Shown in pieces: positions 28,072-37,453 of a DNA stretch of 42,041 bases. The stretch comes from an uncultured Thermoanaerobaculia bacterium (GTDB lineage Bacteria > Acidobacteriota > Thermoanaerobaculia > Multivoradales > CAZRFU01): assembly GCA_964599475.1 (NCBI GenBank), contig CAZRFU010000048.1, positions 1 to 42,041 on the forward strand. Direction: 5' to 3'. Made by a program: the position numbers and the translations under genes. The notes beneath the pieces were generated by a model that saw only the letters and a program-made list of their open reading frames with translations, did no database searches and had not been told where the DNA came from. Each line of letters begins with the position of its first letter. The stretch's first letter is position 1.

Positions 28072-30138
28072 ATGACTGCCTCTGTAGCCTCGCCGGCGAG
28101 CGCCCGGATCCTTCGCCATGCCTACATGACCCTCGCACGCGAGCTCGACTCGCGGTTCGAGAACCTCCTTCTGACCGGGCGCATCAGCAAGTGGTACAGC
28201 GAGGTCGGCAACGAGGCAACGACTGTCCCTGCCGGATTGGCTCTGGGTCCAGGGGATGTGCTGTGCTCCTTGCACCGGGACCTCGGCGCGATTCTGGCCT
28301 ACTACCTCGATCCAGCCCGGACCTTCCCAGCCCTCGGCCTGGGTCAGGCCGACGGGCGCCGACCCGCGCCCGAAGACGTCCTCTACCGCTTGGCCTGTCA
28401 GCTGCTCGGCAAAGGGGATGGCTTCTCGCAAGGTGTCGAACGTTCATTCCACTATGCCTGGACGGACCCGGACGCGGATCTGTGGCATCTCGGCATGATC
28501 AGTCATCTCGGCTCGATGATCCCGGTGGCCGCCGGGGCAGCATTCGCCCGGAGGTTCAAGGATACCGATCGGGTCGCCATCAACTTCATCGGCGACGGCG
28601 GCACCTCGACCGGCGACTTCCACGAGGGCCTGAACATGGCTGCAGTGTGGAAGCTGCCGCTGGTGCTGGTGGTCGAGAACAACCGCTACGCTTTCTCGAC
28701 TCCCACGAGCGCCCAGTACGCGGCTCGTCAACTGGCCGATCGTGGCCCCGGGTATGGCATCCCGGGCGTGGTCGTCGACGGCAACGATCCAGACGCTGTC
28801 GCCGCGGTCCTCGAGACTGCCATCGGCAGAGCTCGCGCAGGGGAGGGCCCAACCCTGGTCGAGGCCATGCTCGGCCGGATGCGAGGCCACAGCGAGGGTG
28901 ACGACTCACTCAAGGTCGTGCCCCCCGACGAGCTTGCCGTGTACCAGGCAGCTGACCCGGTTCCCACCTACCAGCGGCGGCTGCTCGAGGAGGGTGTCCT
29001 CGACCAGGATACCGCCGCAGCCATTGCGACTCGTTGCCGAGAGCTCGTGGAGGAGATGCTCGGCCGCAGCCTCGACGCAGCGCCACCCGCCGTGTCGATT
29101 GCCCGCCGCAGCGTCTTCGCCGAGGCCCCCGCGGTCGTCCGAGCGAGCTCCGCCGCGCCTGCCGACGGTGCCACGACGACCTACGTCGACGGCCTGCACC
29201 AGGCGCTGCGGGAAGAGCTCGAGCGCGACCCGGATCTGGTGTTGATGGGCCAGGACATCGGGGTTTTCGAGGGTGCCTTCCGCATCACCAAAGGGCTCTG
29301 GGCGCGCTGGCCGAAACGCGTGCTCGACACCCCCATCGCCGAAAGCGGCACCATCGGAATCGCCTCGGGTGCGGCCCTTCTGGGCGTGCCCGTGGTCGTC
29401 GAGATGCAGTTCGGCGACTTCGTCACCTGCGGCTTCAACCAGATCGTGAACCTCGCCGCCAAGGCGTTCTACCGCTGGCAGTTGCCATGCCCGATCGTGG
29501 TCCGGCTGCCGGTCGGCGCGGGAGTCGGCGCGGGCCCCTTCCACTCGCAGAGTCCCGAGGCGTGGTTCGCTCACGCCGCCGGCCTCAAGGTCATCTGCCC
29601 TGCAACTGCCCGCGACGCCAAAGGTATGCTCAAGGCCGCCATCCGCGATCCCAACCCGGTCATCGTGTGTGAGCACAAGTTCCTCTATCGGCGAATCAAA
29701 GAAGTGCTGCCCGAAGGGGACTGGACCGAGCCACTCGGCGAAGCTGCGATCCGTCGCAGCGGCAGCGACGTGACCCTGATCGGTTGGGGTGCCACGACCT
29801 GGACCTGCCTGGAGGCCGCCGAGACCTTGGCGCAGGAAGGCATCGCCGCCGAAGTTGTCGACCTGCGGTCAATCGTCCCCTTCGACGAGGCCACCGTCCT
29901 CGCCTCGGTCAAGAAGACCGGCCGAGCCATCGTCGTCCACGAGGCCCAGATGACCGCGGGCTTCGGCGGAGAGGTCGTCGCACGCATCGCCGAAGCCGCG
30001 TTCGAATGGCTCGATGCCCCAGTGCGGCGGATCACGTGGCCCGACTGTCCGGTGCCCTATTCGCGAGTTCTCGAAGCCGATCTCATCCCGACGGCCGCAG
30101 CCGTGGTGGAGGCCACCCGGGCTCTGGTTCAGCAATAG
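28072..30138 (+). CDS. Fused alpha/beta E1 component of a TPP-dependent 2-oxoacid (pyruvate or branched-chain) dehydrogenase
   Basis: N-terminal half with the TPP-binding motif (GDGGTSTGDFHEGLNMAAVWKLPLVLVVENNRYA). C-terminal half is E1-beta/transketolase-like (…LMGQDIG…GAFRITKGL…EHKFLYR…). No E2 or E3 gene in the window. Confidence 0.8.
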   Translation: MTASVASPASARILRHAYMTLARELDSRFENLLLTGRISKWYSEVGNEATTVPAGLALGPGDVLCSLHRDLGAILAYYLDPARTFPALGLGQADGRRPAPEDVLYRLACQLLGKGDGFSQGVERSFHYAWTDPDADLWHLGMISHLGSMIPVAAGAAFARRFKDTDRVAINFIGDGGTSTGDFHEGLNMAAVWKLPLVLVVENNRYAFSTPTSAQYAARQLADRGPGYGIPGVVVDGNDPDAVAAVLETAIGRARAGEGPTLVEAMLGRMRGHSEGDDSLKVVPPDELAVYQAADPVPTYQRRLLEEGVLDQDTAAAIATRCRELVEEMLGRSLDAAPPAVSIARRSVFAEAPAVVRASSAAPADGATTTYVDGLHQALREELERDPDLVLMGQDIGVFEGAFRITKGLWARWPKRVLDTPIAESGTIGIASGAALLGVPVVVEMQFGDFVTCGFNQIVNLAAKAFYRWQLPCPIVVRLPVGAGVGAGPFHSQSPEAWFAHAAGLKVICPATARDAKGMLKAAIRDPNPVIVCEHKFLYRRIKEVLPEGDWTEPLGEAAIRRSGSDVTLIGWGATTWTCLEAAETLAQEGIAAEVVDLRSIVPFDEATVLASVKKTGRAIVVHEAQMTAGFGGEVVARIAEAAFEWLDAPVRRITWPDCPVPYSRVLEADLIPTAAAVVEATRALVQQ

Positions 30139-30171
30139 GGTAAGGAGGGCAGGGATTGTGCCCGCAGCCTG

Positions 30172-32220
30172 CTAGCGTCGACGCTTGAGGTCCTCGAGGC
30201 GCCGGCGTGCATCCTGCAGCTCGACCCGATCCGGGTCGAGCTGCGTGAGGATCTTGACGGCGACCTCGGCCTGCTGTATCTGCCCGGCCTCGAGGAAGGC
30301 TTCGAGCTGCGCGAGCCCGACTACCACCGACTGGCGTCGGCGGGAAGCCTCTTCGGCGCGGCTGACCTCGGCAAACATCGCCGCCGGCTTGCCGCTCTTG
30401 GGAGCCAGCCTCTCGAGCTCCAGCGCGACCTCGCGCGCGCCGCCGAAATCCTGCGCGCGGACCCGTTCGCGAAAGCGCGTCTCGAAGCTGCGCTCGGCGC
30501 TCTGCGCCGCGACCTGGGATTGAAGCTCGTCGAGCCGACGCCGATACGAGGCGATCGTGACACGGGGCACCGTCGACAACGACTCGAGCGCGGCCAGGGC
30601 CTGTTCGGCTGCCGCCGCATCGCCGCCATCGAGGGCTCGATCCAGCTCCAGACGACGAGCCTCGCCGGTCGTTGCCGCCGCCTCCTGGTGCTCGGCCTCG
30701 CGGATCTCGGCCAGCAGTGCGGCCGACATCTTTCCCGCTGGGTCGTACCTTTCGAGCTCCTGCAGTGCCCTGCGAGCACCGTCGAGGTCACTGCGAGCCA
30801 GTGAGCGACGCCCCTGCGACATCGCGTCTTCCGCACGCTTGGCCTGCTGCGCCTCGTCGCCGAGGAGCTTGACCCAGGCCTCGTAGTCGCCGCGCTTGGG
30901 ATGATTGGGGTAGATCTCCAACAGGGTTTCGAGGGCCAGCGCGGCGAGGGTCTGCTGCTTCTCCAGCAGGTACTTCTCGAGCATCTGCTCGGCTTGACGC
31001 ACCTGCTCGCGGCGCTTGGCGACCTGCTCGTGCTCTGCCAGGCGCGCCTTGAGCTCCGCCAGGCCCTGCATTCGCGGGTTGGCAGCCTCGAGCCGGCGGA
31101 CGTGCTCGCGAGCCTCCTCGAAACGGCCCTCACGCAGCGCGATTTCGGCGTCCGTGTGGACCTTCGAGGTTTCCTTGACACGCCTGGCTGCCTCGTCGAT
31201 CTGGGCCAGCAGCTGGAGGCGCTCGTCCATCGAGAGCTCCGAGCTCTTCTTGGGCGCTTGCTTGACCGACGGCGCAGGACCGGGCGCTGCCGGGGCGGGG
31301 GGCTTGGCAGCGGGGACGGCCGGAGGGGGAGCGGGGATGGCAAAGCCACGCGAGTCGTCGCGGCCCAACGTCTGTCCCACCTCGACCAGGGCCTTGATGT
31401 ATTCGATCGCGTCGTGGAAGCGGTTCTCCCGATCCCGCGCCAGCCCGCGCATCACCACCTGCTCGAGGCCGGCCGGCAGGTTGCCCGGCCCGAGGCGCTC
31501 CGACAGCGGGATCGGATCCTCGCTGAGGCGCTTGAGGACGTACCCGTGTTGGCTCTCGGACTCGAAGGGTGGCAGGCCGCTGAGCATCTCGTAGAGCACG
31601 AGCGAAAAGGAATAGAGGTCCGAGCGAGCGTCGAGAGCCTCACCACGCCGATAACCCGCCTGTTCCGGCGAGCAGTACTGAAGCTTGCCGAGGAATGTCC
31701 CGGCCTGGGTCAGCTCGAGGTTCGACCCGAGGTCCTTGGCCAACCCGAGGTCGATGATCTTGACGATCTCGCGATCCTTGCGGTCCGTCGTCAACATGAG
31801 GTTGTCGGGGCTGATGTCACGGTGAATGACGCCGCCGGAGTGGATCGCATCCAGACCTCGCAGGGCCTGAACTCCGAGCTCGACCGCCAAGGCCGCCGGC
31901 AGCGGTCCGCGGCCGCGGATCCGTGCGCCGATGTCCTCGCCCTCGATGTGCTCCCAGATCATGTAGAAGCGTCCATCGGGGAGCTGCGAGTAGTCGTAGA
32001 GAATGGCGACGTTGGGGTGCTTGATCTGAATGGCGGTGCGCGCCTCCTGATGGAAACGCTGCGCCGCACCTTCGTCCGCTGCGAGATCCGCGCGCAGCAC
32101 CTTCAGCACCCGCAGCTGCTGCAGGTGGAGGTGTCGCACGAGGTACACCTCGCCCATTCCCCCGCTTCCCAGGCGTCGGAGGATCTCGTACTTGCCGTCG
32201 AGAAGGCCGCTCAAGCTCAC
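30172..32220 (-). CDS. Ser/Thr protein kinase (Hanks-type) with Pro/Ala-rich linker and C-terminal helical/TPR-like repeat region
   Basis: All catalytic motifs present: GSGGMGEVY, VLKVL (Lys), HRDISPDN, DLG, SPEQ. No TM helix. Confidence 0.85.
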   Translation of the reverse strand: MSLSGLLDGKYEILRRLGSGGMGEVYLVRHLHLQQLRVLKVLRADLAADEGAAQRFHQEARTAIQIKHPNVAILYDYSQLPDGRFYMIWEHIEGEDIGARIRGRGPLPAALAVELGVQALRGLDAIHSGGVIHRDISPDNLMLTTDRKDREIVKIIDLGLAKDLGSNLELTQAGTFLGKLQYCSPEQAGYRRGEALDARSDLYSFSLVLYEMLSGLPPFESESQHGYVLKRLSEDPIPLSERLGPGNLPAGLEQVVMRGLARDRENRFHDAIEYIKALVEVGQTLGRDDSRGFAIPAPPPAVPAAKPPAPAAPGPAPSVKQAPKKSSELSMDERLQLLAQIDEAARRVKETSKVHTDAEIALREGRFEEAREHVRRLEAANPRMQGLAELKARLAEHEQVAKRREQVRQAEQMLEKYLLEKQQTLAALALETLLEIYPNHPKRGDYEAWVKLLGDEAQQAKRAEDAMSQGRRSLARSDLDGARRALQELERYDPAGKMSAALLAEIREAEHQEAAATTGEARRLELDRALDGGDAAAAEQALAALESLSTVPRVTIASYRRRLDELQSQVAAQSAERSFETRFRERVRAQDFGGAREVALELERLAPKSGKPAAMFAEVSRAEEASRRRQSVVVGLAQLEAFLEAGQIQQAEVAVKILTQLDPDRVELQDARRRLEDLKRRR

Positions 32221-32408
32221 GTCACGCTCACGATCGCCGGTATCTTAGCAGCAGGCCGGAGCCCCTCGGCGGACCGCCGCTCGGCTCTTGCCGCATTCCG
32301 TCGTAACCCTGCCGCGCCGCGGCTAAGCGCAGAGGCTAGAGTCATTTGCATCCCTCACCCCGCTTGCGCTCGCGGCCGGCCTCTGGCATCCTCGGAGCAG
32401 GAGGCCGT

Positions 32409-34310
32409 ATGAGCGACGAACGACTCGGATCCTGGGTGGTTCTCCGCAGACTCGCCGATGATCTGCTGGGGCCGACCTGGCGACTGGCGCGAGCCGACCT
32501 CCAAGGCGGTGTCGAGCGCTTGGCTTTGGGCCGCGCCTTCATCGGTGCCGGGTTGGCGGCCGAGGGTCGCAACCTCGCGGCAGTCGTCGATCATCCGTTC
32601 GTCGCGACCACCGCCGATCTCTTCGATCATCAGGGCCAATGTATCGTCGCGTGGGACTACACCTCCGGGCATTCGCTGCGGGAGATCCTCGAGCGGGCGA
32701 GCGATCGCATGATGCCCCTCAACCCCGGCTTGTGCCTGCTGATCGCGGAGCGGGTGGCGCAGGGATTAGCCGCCGCCTCGCAGCGCCAGCTCGATGGCAA
32801 GGCACTCCACCACGGCCTGCTGCGGCCGGAGCTGGTGTGGGTCACCAACGATGGCGAGGTCAAGATACTCGGCTTCGAGATCGGCAGAGCCTTGGCGGCT
32901 CGGCTCGCGGGCTCTCCTGCCTTCGGCCCCTTCCTCGCACCCGAAGTGCGCGCCGGCAGCCCGGTCGAGGCGCGCGACGACGTCTACTCGCTGGCTGCGG
33001 TGCTCCATGCGGCGCTCACCGGCATCGATCCGCCGAGCCATGATGCGGACCGCGCGGCCGAAGACGCCACCAGTGCCGAGGACGGGGCGCCTTTGCCTGC
33101 CGAGTTGACCAGGCTGCTCGCCTCGTGTCTCGGTCCTCGCAGTGGCCGGCCGGCCAACCCCGGCGCGCTGCACGACGCACTGCGCGAAATTTCCCTGACC
33201 GCCGCACGAAGGGTCGGTCCGTTCGAGCTGGCGTACGCCATTCACGGGCTGTTCGGCGACGAAATCACCACCGAGGCCCGAGAGCTAGAACGGGGAGGGC
33301 GTCCGGAGCCGGTGGGTGGACCGGCATCGCCGCGAGCGGCATCGGTTCCCGCTGGTCCGCAGCCGCTTCCGACCCAGCCGGTGGTGGTGGCGAGCTTCGC
33401 CGACGAGCTCCGTGCGGAACCGGCGAAACCTCGACGGGCTCCGTGGCTGCCGATCGCCGCAGGCATTGCTGTCGTGGCGGTGGGTGTCGGCCTGGTGCTG
33501 TCACGAGACCAGGGAGGCTCGCCGCCCGCTGCCACTCCCGCAGCCCAACCGGCACCTGTCGCATCGCCGACGGTGCCGGCCGGCCCATCGCCGGAGGAGT
33601 TGCAGGCGCAGATCCGCGCTCTGGTGGAACAACGGACGGGAGCCGTTGCCGCCGAGATGCGGGATCAACAGGAGGCGGAGATCAAGGCGCTCCAGGAGCA
33701 ACTGGCTGCGGCCCAGGCGGCGACAGTGGCGGTGCCGGAGCCCGCCCCCAGGCCTACACCTCCCGTGCCCACACCCGTTCCGGTCACGAGCCCGCACGCG
33801 GGCACCAGCCAGCCCCCGGCATCGCCGGCGACGGCTGCGCCGCCCGAACCGTCCGCGAACGCACAAGCAGCTCCCGCAACTCCTGCGGCAGCGAGCACCG
33901 TCGCCTCGAGCCCCGCGGCAGCCGCACCGCCGCCGCAGGCGGCACCGCGCGTGGAACCGGCCGCCCCGCCGCGCGCAGCCACCTCCACACCACCCGCTAC
34001 ACCATCTGCTACCGCCATCGCCACGCCGGGCCCGGGCGTCACCCCGCCCACGATGTTGACCTTCGCCAAACCGGAGTACCCCCTGCTGGCCCGTCGCACC
34101 AAGGTGCAGGGTACCGTCATCCTCTCGATCCTCGTCGACGAACAGGGTCGTGCGACGGACATCAAGTTCCTCAAGCGGGTCGAGCAGGATGTCGGACTGA
34201 ACGAGGCGGCCGAAAAGGCTGCCCGCGCGTCGACCTGGCGCCCCGCCTCCAAGGACGGCAAGCCGGTCAAGATGTGGTTTACCCTCCCGGTCCCCTTTGC
34301 GCTTGAGTAG
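32409..34310 (+). CDS. Kinase-like pseudokinase domain fused via a TM helix and Pro/Ala-rich linker to a TonB C-terminal domain
   Basis: AGGAGG RBS. Kinase-fold remnants without catalytic residues: no Gly-loop, HHGLLRPELVWV in place of HRDxxxxN, LGFEIG in place of DFG, and APEV kept. TM helix LPIAAGIAVVAVGVGLVL. C-terminal TonB_C (…PEYPLLARRTKVQGTVILSILVDEQGRATDIKFLK…). Divergent from the Ser/Thr kinase gene, 188-bp gap. Confidence 0.75.
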   Translation: MSDERLGSWVVLRRLADDLLGPTWRLARADLQGGVERLALGRAFIGAGLAAEGRNLAAVVDHPFVATTADLFDHQGQCIVAWDYTSGHSLREILERASDRMMPLNPGLCLLIAERVAQGLAAASQRQLDGKALHHGLLRPELVWVTNDGEVKILGFEIGRALAARLAGSPAFGPFLAPEVRAGSPVEARDDVYSLAAVLHAALTGIDPPSHDADRAAEDATSAEDGAPLPAELTRLLASCLGPRSGRPANPGALHDALREISLTAARRVGPFELAYAIHGLFGDEITTEARELERGGRPEPVGGPASPRAASVPAGPQPLPTQPVVVASFADELRAEPAKPRRAPWLPIAAGIAVVAVGVGLVLSRDQGGSPPAATPAAQPAPVASPTVPAGPSPEELQAQIRALVEQRTGAVAAEMRDQQEAEIKALQEQLAAAQAATVAVPEPAPRPTPPVPTPVPVTSPHAGTSQPPASPATAAPPEPSANAQAAPATPAAASTVASSPAAAAPPPQAAPRVEPAAPPRAATSTPPATPSATAIATPGPGVTPPTMLTFAKPEYPLLARRTKVQGTVILSILVDEQGRATDIKFLKRVEQDVGLNEAAEKAARASTWRPASKDGKPVKMWFTLPVPFALE

Positions 34311-34361
34311 ACCTCTCCCGTCGGGCTCGGGCTTGCGCGCGCACCAGGCGGGCCGTGCCTG

Positions 34362-34925
34362 ATGCTGGTGGTTCGCTCGACTGGTTCGCTACGCCTCATC
34401 ACCCAGGCCGATCAGGCGGCTTTGGCGGTGCGGCTGCTGTCGCTCTGGCTGCTCGATGGCGTCCCGCAGCATCCGCGCCGCGCCGAGCTCCTGGCGGCGG
34501 TGCGCGGCCACGGCCTCGGCTGGCAGGGCGCAGACGCCGCGCCGACGCTCGACTCGCGGGGCCGCCCCTGCTCGATGTCCGGACTGCCACCGGCTGCTCT
34601 CGTGAGGATCTTCGAGGAGACCCTCGATCGCATCCAGGGGCGCGGCTGGGTCGCGTTGGTCGTTCGCGGCTATCTCCGGGAGCAGATTGCGACAGCGGTC
34701 GGACCGGGCTCGGGTGAGCTCATCGCGCGGATCGAGGAGGCCCAGGCGCGTGCCCTGGAGGCTGCGAGCGAGTCGAGTGGGCGCGGAATCGGTCGCCTCG
34801 AGGCGGATCTTGCAGAGGACATCGAGCTCGTCCGCACCGTCGACGCCGTCTCGCAAGTCGCCTGTGGGGTGCCCGTGGAGGCGCTCCTCAGCGTCTGCGC
34901 GCCCAAGCCACAGCCAAAGGGGTAG
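34362..34925 (+). CDS. Hypothetical protein
   Basis: ATG start 51 nt after the TonB-fusion gene stop. No recognised motifs. Composition is less Arg-rich than the antisense artefacts. Confidence 0.4.
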   Translation: MLVVRSTGSLRLITQADQAALAVRLLSLWLLDGVPQHPRRAELLAAVRGHGLGWQGADAAPTLDSRGRPCSMSGLPPAALVRIFEETLDRIQGRGWVALVVRGYLREQIATAVGPGSGELIARIEEAQARALEAASESSGRGIGRLEADLAEDIELVRTVDAVSQVACGVPVEALLSVCAPKPQPKG

Positions 34926-35242
34926 CACTTTCGCCGTTCCCGCTGGCGGGCCCGACGACGCTGCGACTTGCGGCTCGCGAGATTGCCGATCGTCGCTACG
35001 AGAGTCTGGGCGACCTCGTCGCCGCGCTTGGACGAGCGCGCTGGCAAACCATCTCTATCCTGTTCGAACCGCTAACCTCGGGTTGACGACCTGCGGCCCG
35101 CGCATTTCGGCACCGGCCCCGTTTCACATTGCCGAGCACAAATGCCACGACTTGCACTATGATCGTGGCGTTCTGCTCAAACAGCCACCTGCAGGGTTCG
35201 CCTGCGGGTCTGTGTGCGCACCGACCCAAGGAGAGGTTTTTC

Positions 35243-36535
35243 ATGAAGAAGTTCTTCGCCCCAACCCTCTGCGTCGCTGCGTTGGCGATGGCGAGCCCGG
35301 CTTCGGCCGTGCTCGACACCATCGACGCGGTGCCCGGAGCGACCCTGCTGATCCCGTACTTCGCCGTCGACGCGAACGACCCGAACGGGCTCACCACCCT
35401 GTTCTCGGTCAACAACGCTTCGGCTACTGCGGTCCTCGCCCACGTCACGGTGTGGACGGACCAGTCGGTGCCGACCCTCGACTTCGACATCTACCTGACC
35501 GGGTACGACGTCCAGACGGTCAACGTTCGCGACATCCTGATCAACGGCAACCTGCCCCGGACCGCGTCCGACGGCCAGGATCCGTCCGACACCATCAGCC
35601 CCCAGGGCCCGCTGTCGCAGGACATCAACTTCGCCAGCTGCGGCGGCACCCTGCCGTACGTCAACCCCGGCATCTCCTCCGGCTTCTTGGCCCACCTGCA
35701 GGCCTGGCACACCGGCAATCAGTCGCCGGTGACCGGCAACTGTGCCGGCCAGGACCTCGGTGACGGCATCCTGCGCGGCTACATCACCATCGACACCACC
35801 AACCAGTGCTCGCTGCTGTTCCCGGCCGACACCGGCTACTTCGGCCCCGGTGGCACCGGTATCGCGACCAACCAGAACGTCCTCTGGGGTGACTGGTTCC
35901 TCGTCGACGCCACCAACAACTTCGCCGAGGGCTTCTCCGCGGTCCACGTCGAGGCCGATCGCACCGGCCAGGCCTACGGCCCCGGCGACTACACTTTCTA
36001 CGGCCGCTACGTGGCTTGGGCCGGTATCGATGGTCGCGAGCCGCTCGCCACCTCGTTCGCCGCCCGCTACGCCACCGGCGGTGCCTTCGACGGCACGGCC
36101 TACACCGTCTGGCGCGACTCGAAGACCACCCCGGTCGCCTACAACTGCGCCCTCGCCGGCCCGTCCTGGTACCCCCTCGGTGCCGAGCAGGTCGTGATCT
36201 TCGACGAAGAAGAGCGCATCTTCGAGCCGTCGGGCTGCCCCTCGGGTGACCCGACCTGCACCCCGGACGGCGTGCTGATTCCGGCCGAGGCCAACCGCAT
36301 CGCGGTTGGTGGCGAGCTGTACCCGCTGCCCCCGGGCTTCGAGTTCGGCTGGTCGTACCTCAACCTGAACACCACCGTGGTGGGCCAGGTTGCCGGCCAG
36401 ACCGATCCGGCCGCTGCCCAGGCGTGGGTGAGCTGGAGCTTGACCGCCGAGGGCCGCTTCGCGGTGGGTCTCGACGCGATTCAGCTCGACAACGCCTCGA
36501 ACGCCAACCACACCCTTCTGCCGATCGGCGACTGA
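35243..36535 (+). CDS. Secreted hypothetical protein (~430 aa), Asn/Thr/Gly-rich with conserved Cys pairs
   Basis: AAGGAGAGG RBS. Signal peptide MKKFFAPTLCVAALAMASPASA. Followed by a textbook terminator. No family recognised. Confidence 0.75.
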   Translation: MKKFFAPTLCVAALAMASPASAVLDTIDAVPGATLLIPYFAVDANDPNGLTTLFSVNNASATAVLAHVTVWTDQSVPTLDFDIYLTGYDVQTVNVRDILINGNLPRTASDGQDPSDTISPQGPLSQDINFASCGGTLPYVNPGISSGFLAHLQAWHTGNQSPVTGNCAGQDLGDGILRGYITIDTTNQCSLLFPADTGYFGPGGTGIATNQNVLWGDWFLVDATNNFAEGFSAVHVEADRTGQAYGPGDYTFYGRYVAWAGIDGREPLATSFAARYATGGAFDGTAYTVWRDSKTTPVAYNCALAGPSWYPLGAEQVVIFDEEERIFEPSGCPSGDPTCTPDGVLIPAEANRIAVGGELYPLPPGFEFGWSYLNLNTTVVGQVAGQTDPAAAQAWVSWSLTAEGRFAVGLDAIQLDNASNANHTLLPIGD

Positions 36536-36558
36536 CGATCGTTTGGTTCGATGTGGAA

Positions 36559-36589
36559 GAGGCGGGCTTCGGCCCGCCTCTTTTTTTTT
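36559..36589 (+). terminator. Intrinsic terminator: 9-bp stem GAGGCGGGC/GCCCGCCTC with a UUCG tetraloop, then T9
   Basis: Read directly from the sequence. Confidence 0.85.
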
Positions 36590-36826
36590 GTCCGCCCGGC
36601 TGCCTCGGACCAGGCCCCCGATCGCCCCCTGCAACGGCGACCTGCCCGGGACGGCCTGCTCGGCTCTGAGGCTGGGTCGTAGCGGCCGCCGTGTGCCCCG
36701 TGGGGCGCACCCCCTGCCCGGACACCAGAAGCGCGCTGCGCGGCTCCAAGGGCCGCCCTCCCTGGCCAGCCAGCGAGCAGGCCGGCTCCGGGTCCGACGC
36801 GAGTGGTGTCGGTTGCGGGCGCCGAG

Positions 36827-37378
36827 TCAGTTCACGTTGGCAGGGGCAAGTCCGAGCTTCTCCCGCACCACCGGCTCGAGGCGCGCCGTCAAACCCGCCG
36901 CCTTGCCGAGCTCGATGGCTTCGCCGGCTGCGCGTCCTTCGACCCAGGCGGCCTCGAGAGCGAGCAGGGCTCCGACCCGGTTGCCACTCGCACAGGTCAG
37001 CAGCAGCGGCCGGTTGGAGGCGAGAAGTGCTCCCAGTCGGCGCGCGTTGCCTTCGTTGAGATCGTCGGGCCCCGCGATGGGAATGACATGCACGTCGAGG
37101 CCGAGCTCGCGGGCTTTGGCTTCGAGCTGGGGTACCCGCTCGGCGTCGCTGCGCAACTCGATGAACGTCTTGAAGCCGGCGGCTGCAGCACGTTCGAGCA
37201 CCGCCTCGTCCGGAGCACCACCGGTGACCACCCCGGTCAGTGGGCTGCGCTCGTTGAGCAGACCGAGAACCACCTGGGAGGGCTCAGCGGCGACGCTGGT
37301 GACCGAATCGGGCTGCTGGGCCATCATCCGGGTGGCGATCGAGAGGGCGAGGAACGCGACAGCAAGAGGAATTCGCAT
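36827..37378 (-). CDS. Secreted rhodanese/phosphatase-fold protein (DUF442/TIGR01244-like) with a CASGNR Cys-x4-Arg motif
   Basis: Signal peptide MRIPLAVAFLALSIA. Motif LLLTCASGNRVGALLA. The overlapping + strand ORF 36543..37391 is Ser/Arg/Ala-rich and rejected. Confidence 0.5.
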   Translation of the reverse strand: MRIPLAVAFLALSIATRMMAQQPDSVTSVAAEPSQVVLGLLNERSPLTGVVTGGAPDEAVLERAAAAGFKTFIELRSDAERVPQLEAKARELGLDVHVIPIAGPDDLNEGNARRLGALLASNRPLLLTCASGNRVGALLALEAAWVEGRAAGEAIELGKAAGLTARLEPVVREKLGLAPANVN

Positions 37379-37453
37379 GCCGTCATTCTAGCGAGGCCGG
37401 GACCTCAGACCCAGGAGTCGCCGTCAGACACTGCACCACCACCCAAGCTCGAC

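Noticed and set aside
19567-28431. Minus-strand ORFs 19567..21723 (718 aa) and 25720..28431 (903 aa), plus the nested ones
   Set aside because: Antisense to purL, purF and the propeller sensor gene, whose identities are unambiguous.
36543-37391. + strand ORF 36543..37391 (282 aa)
   Set aside because: Ser/Arg/Ala-rich antisense frame. The minus-strand gene 36827..37378 has a signal peptide and a Cys-x4-Arg rhodanese/phosphatase-like motif.
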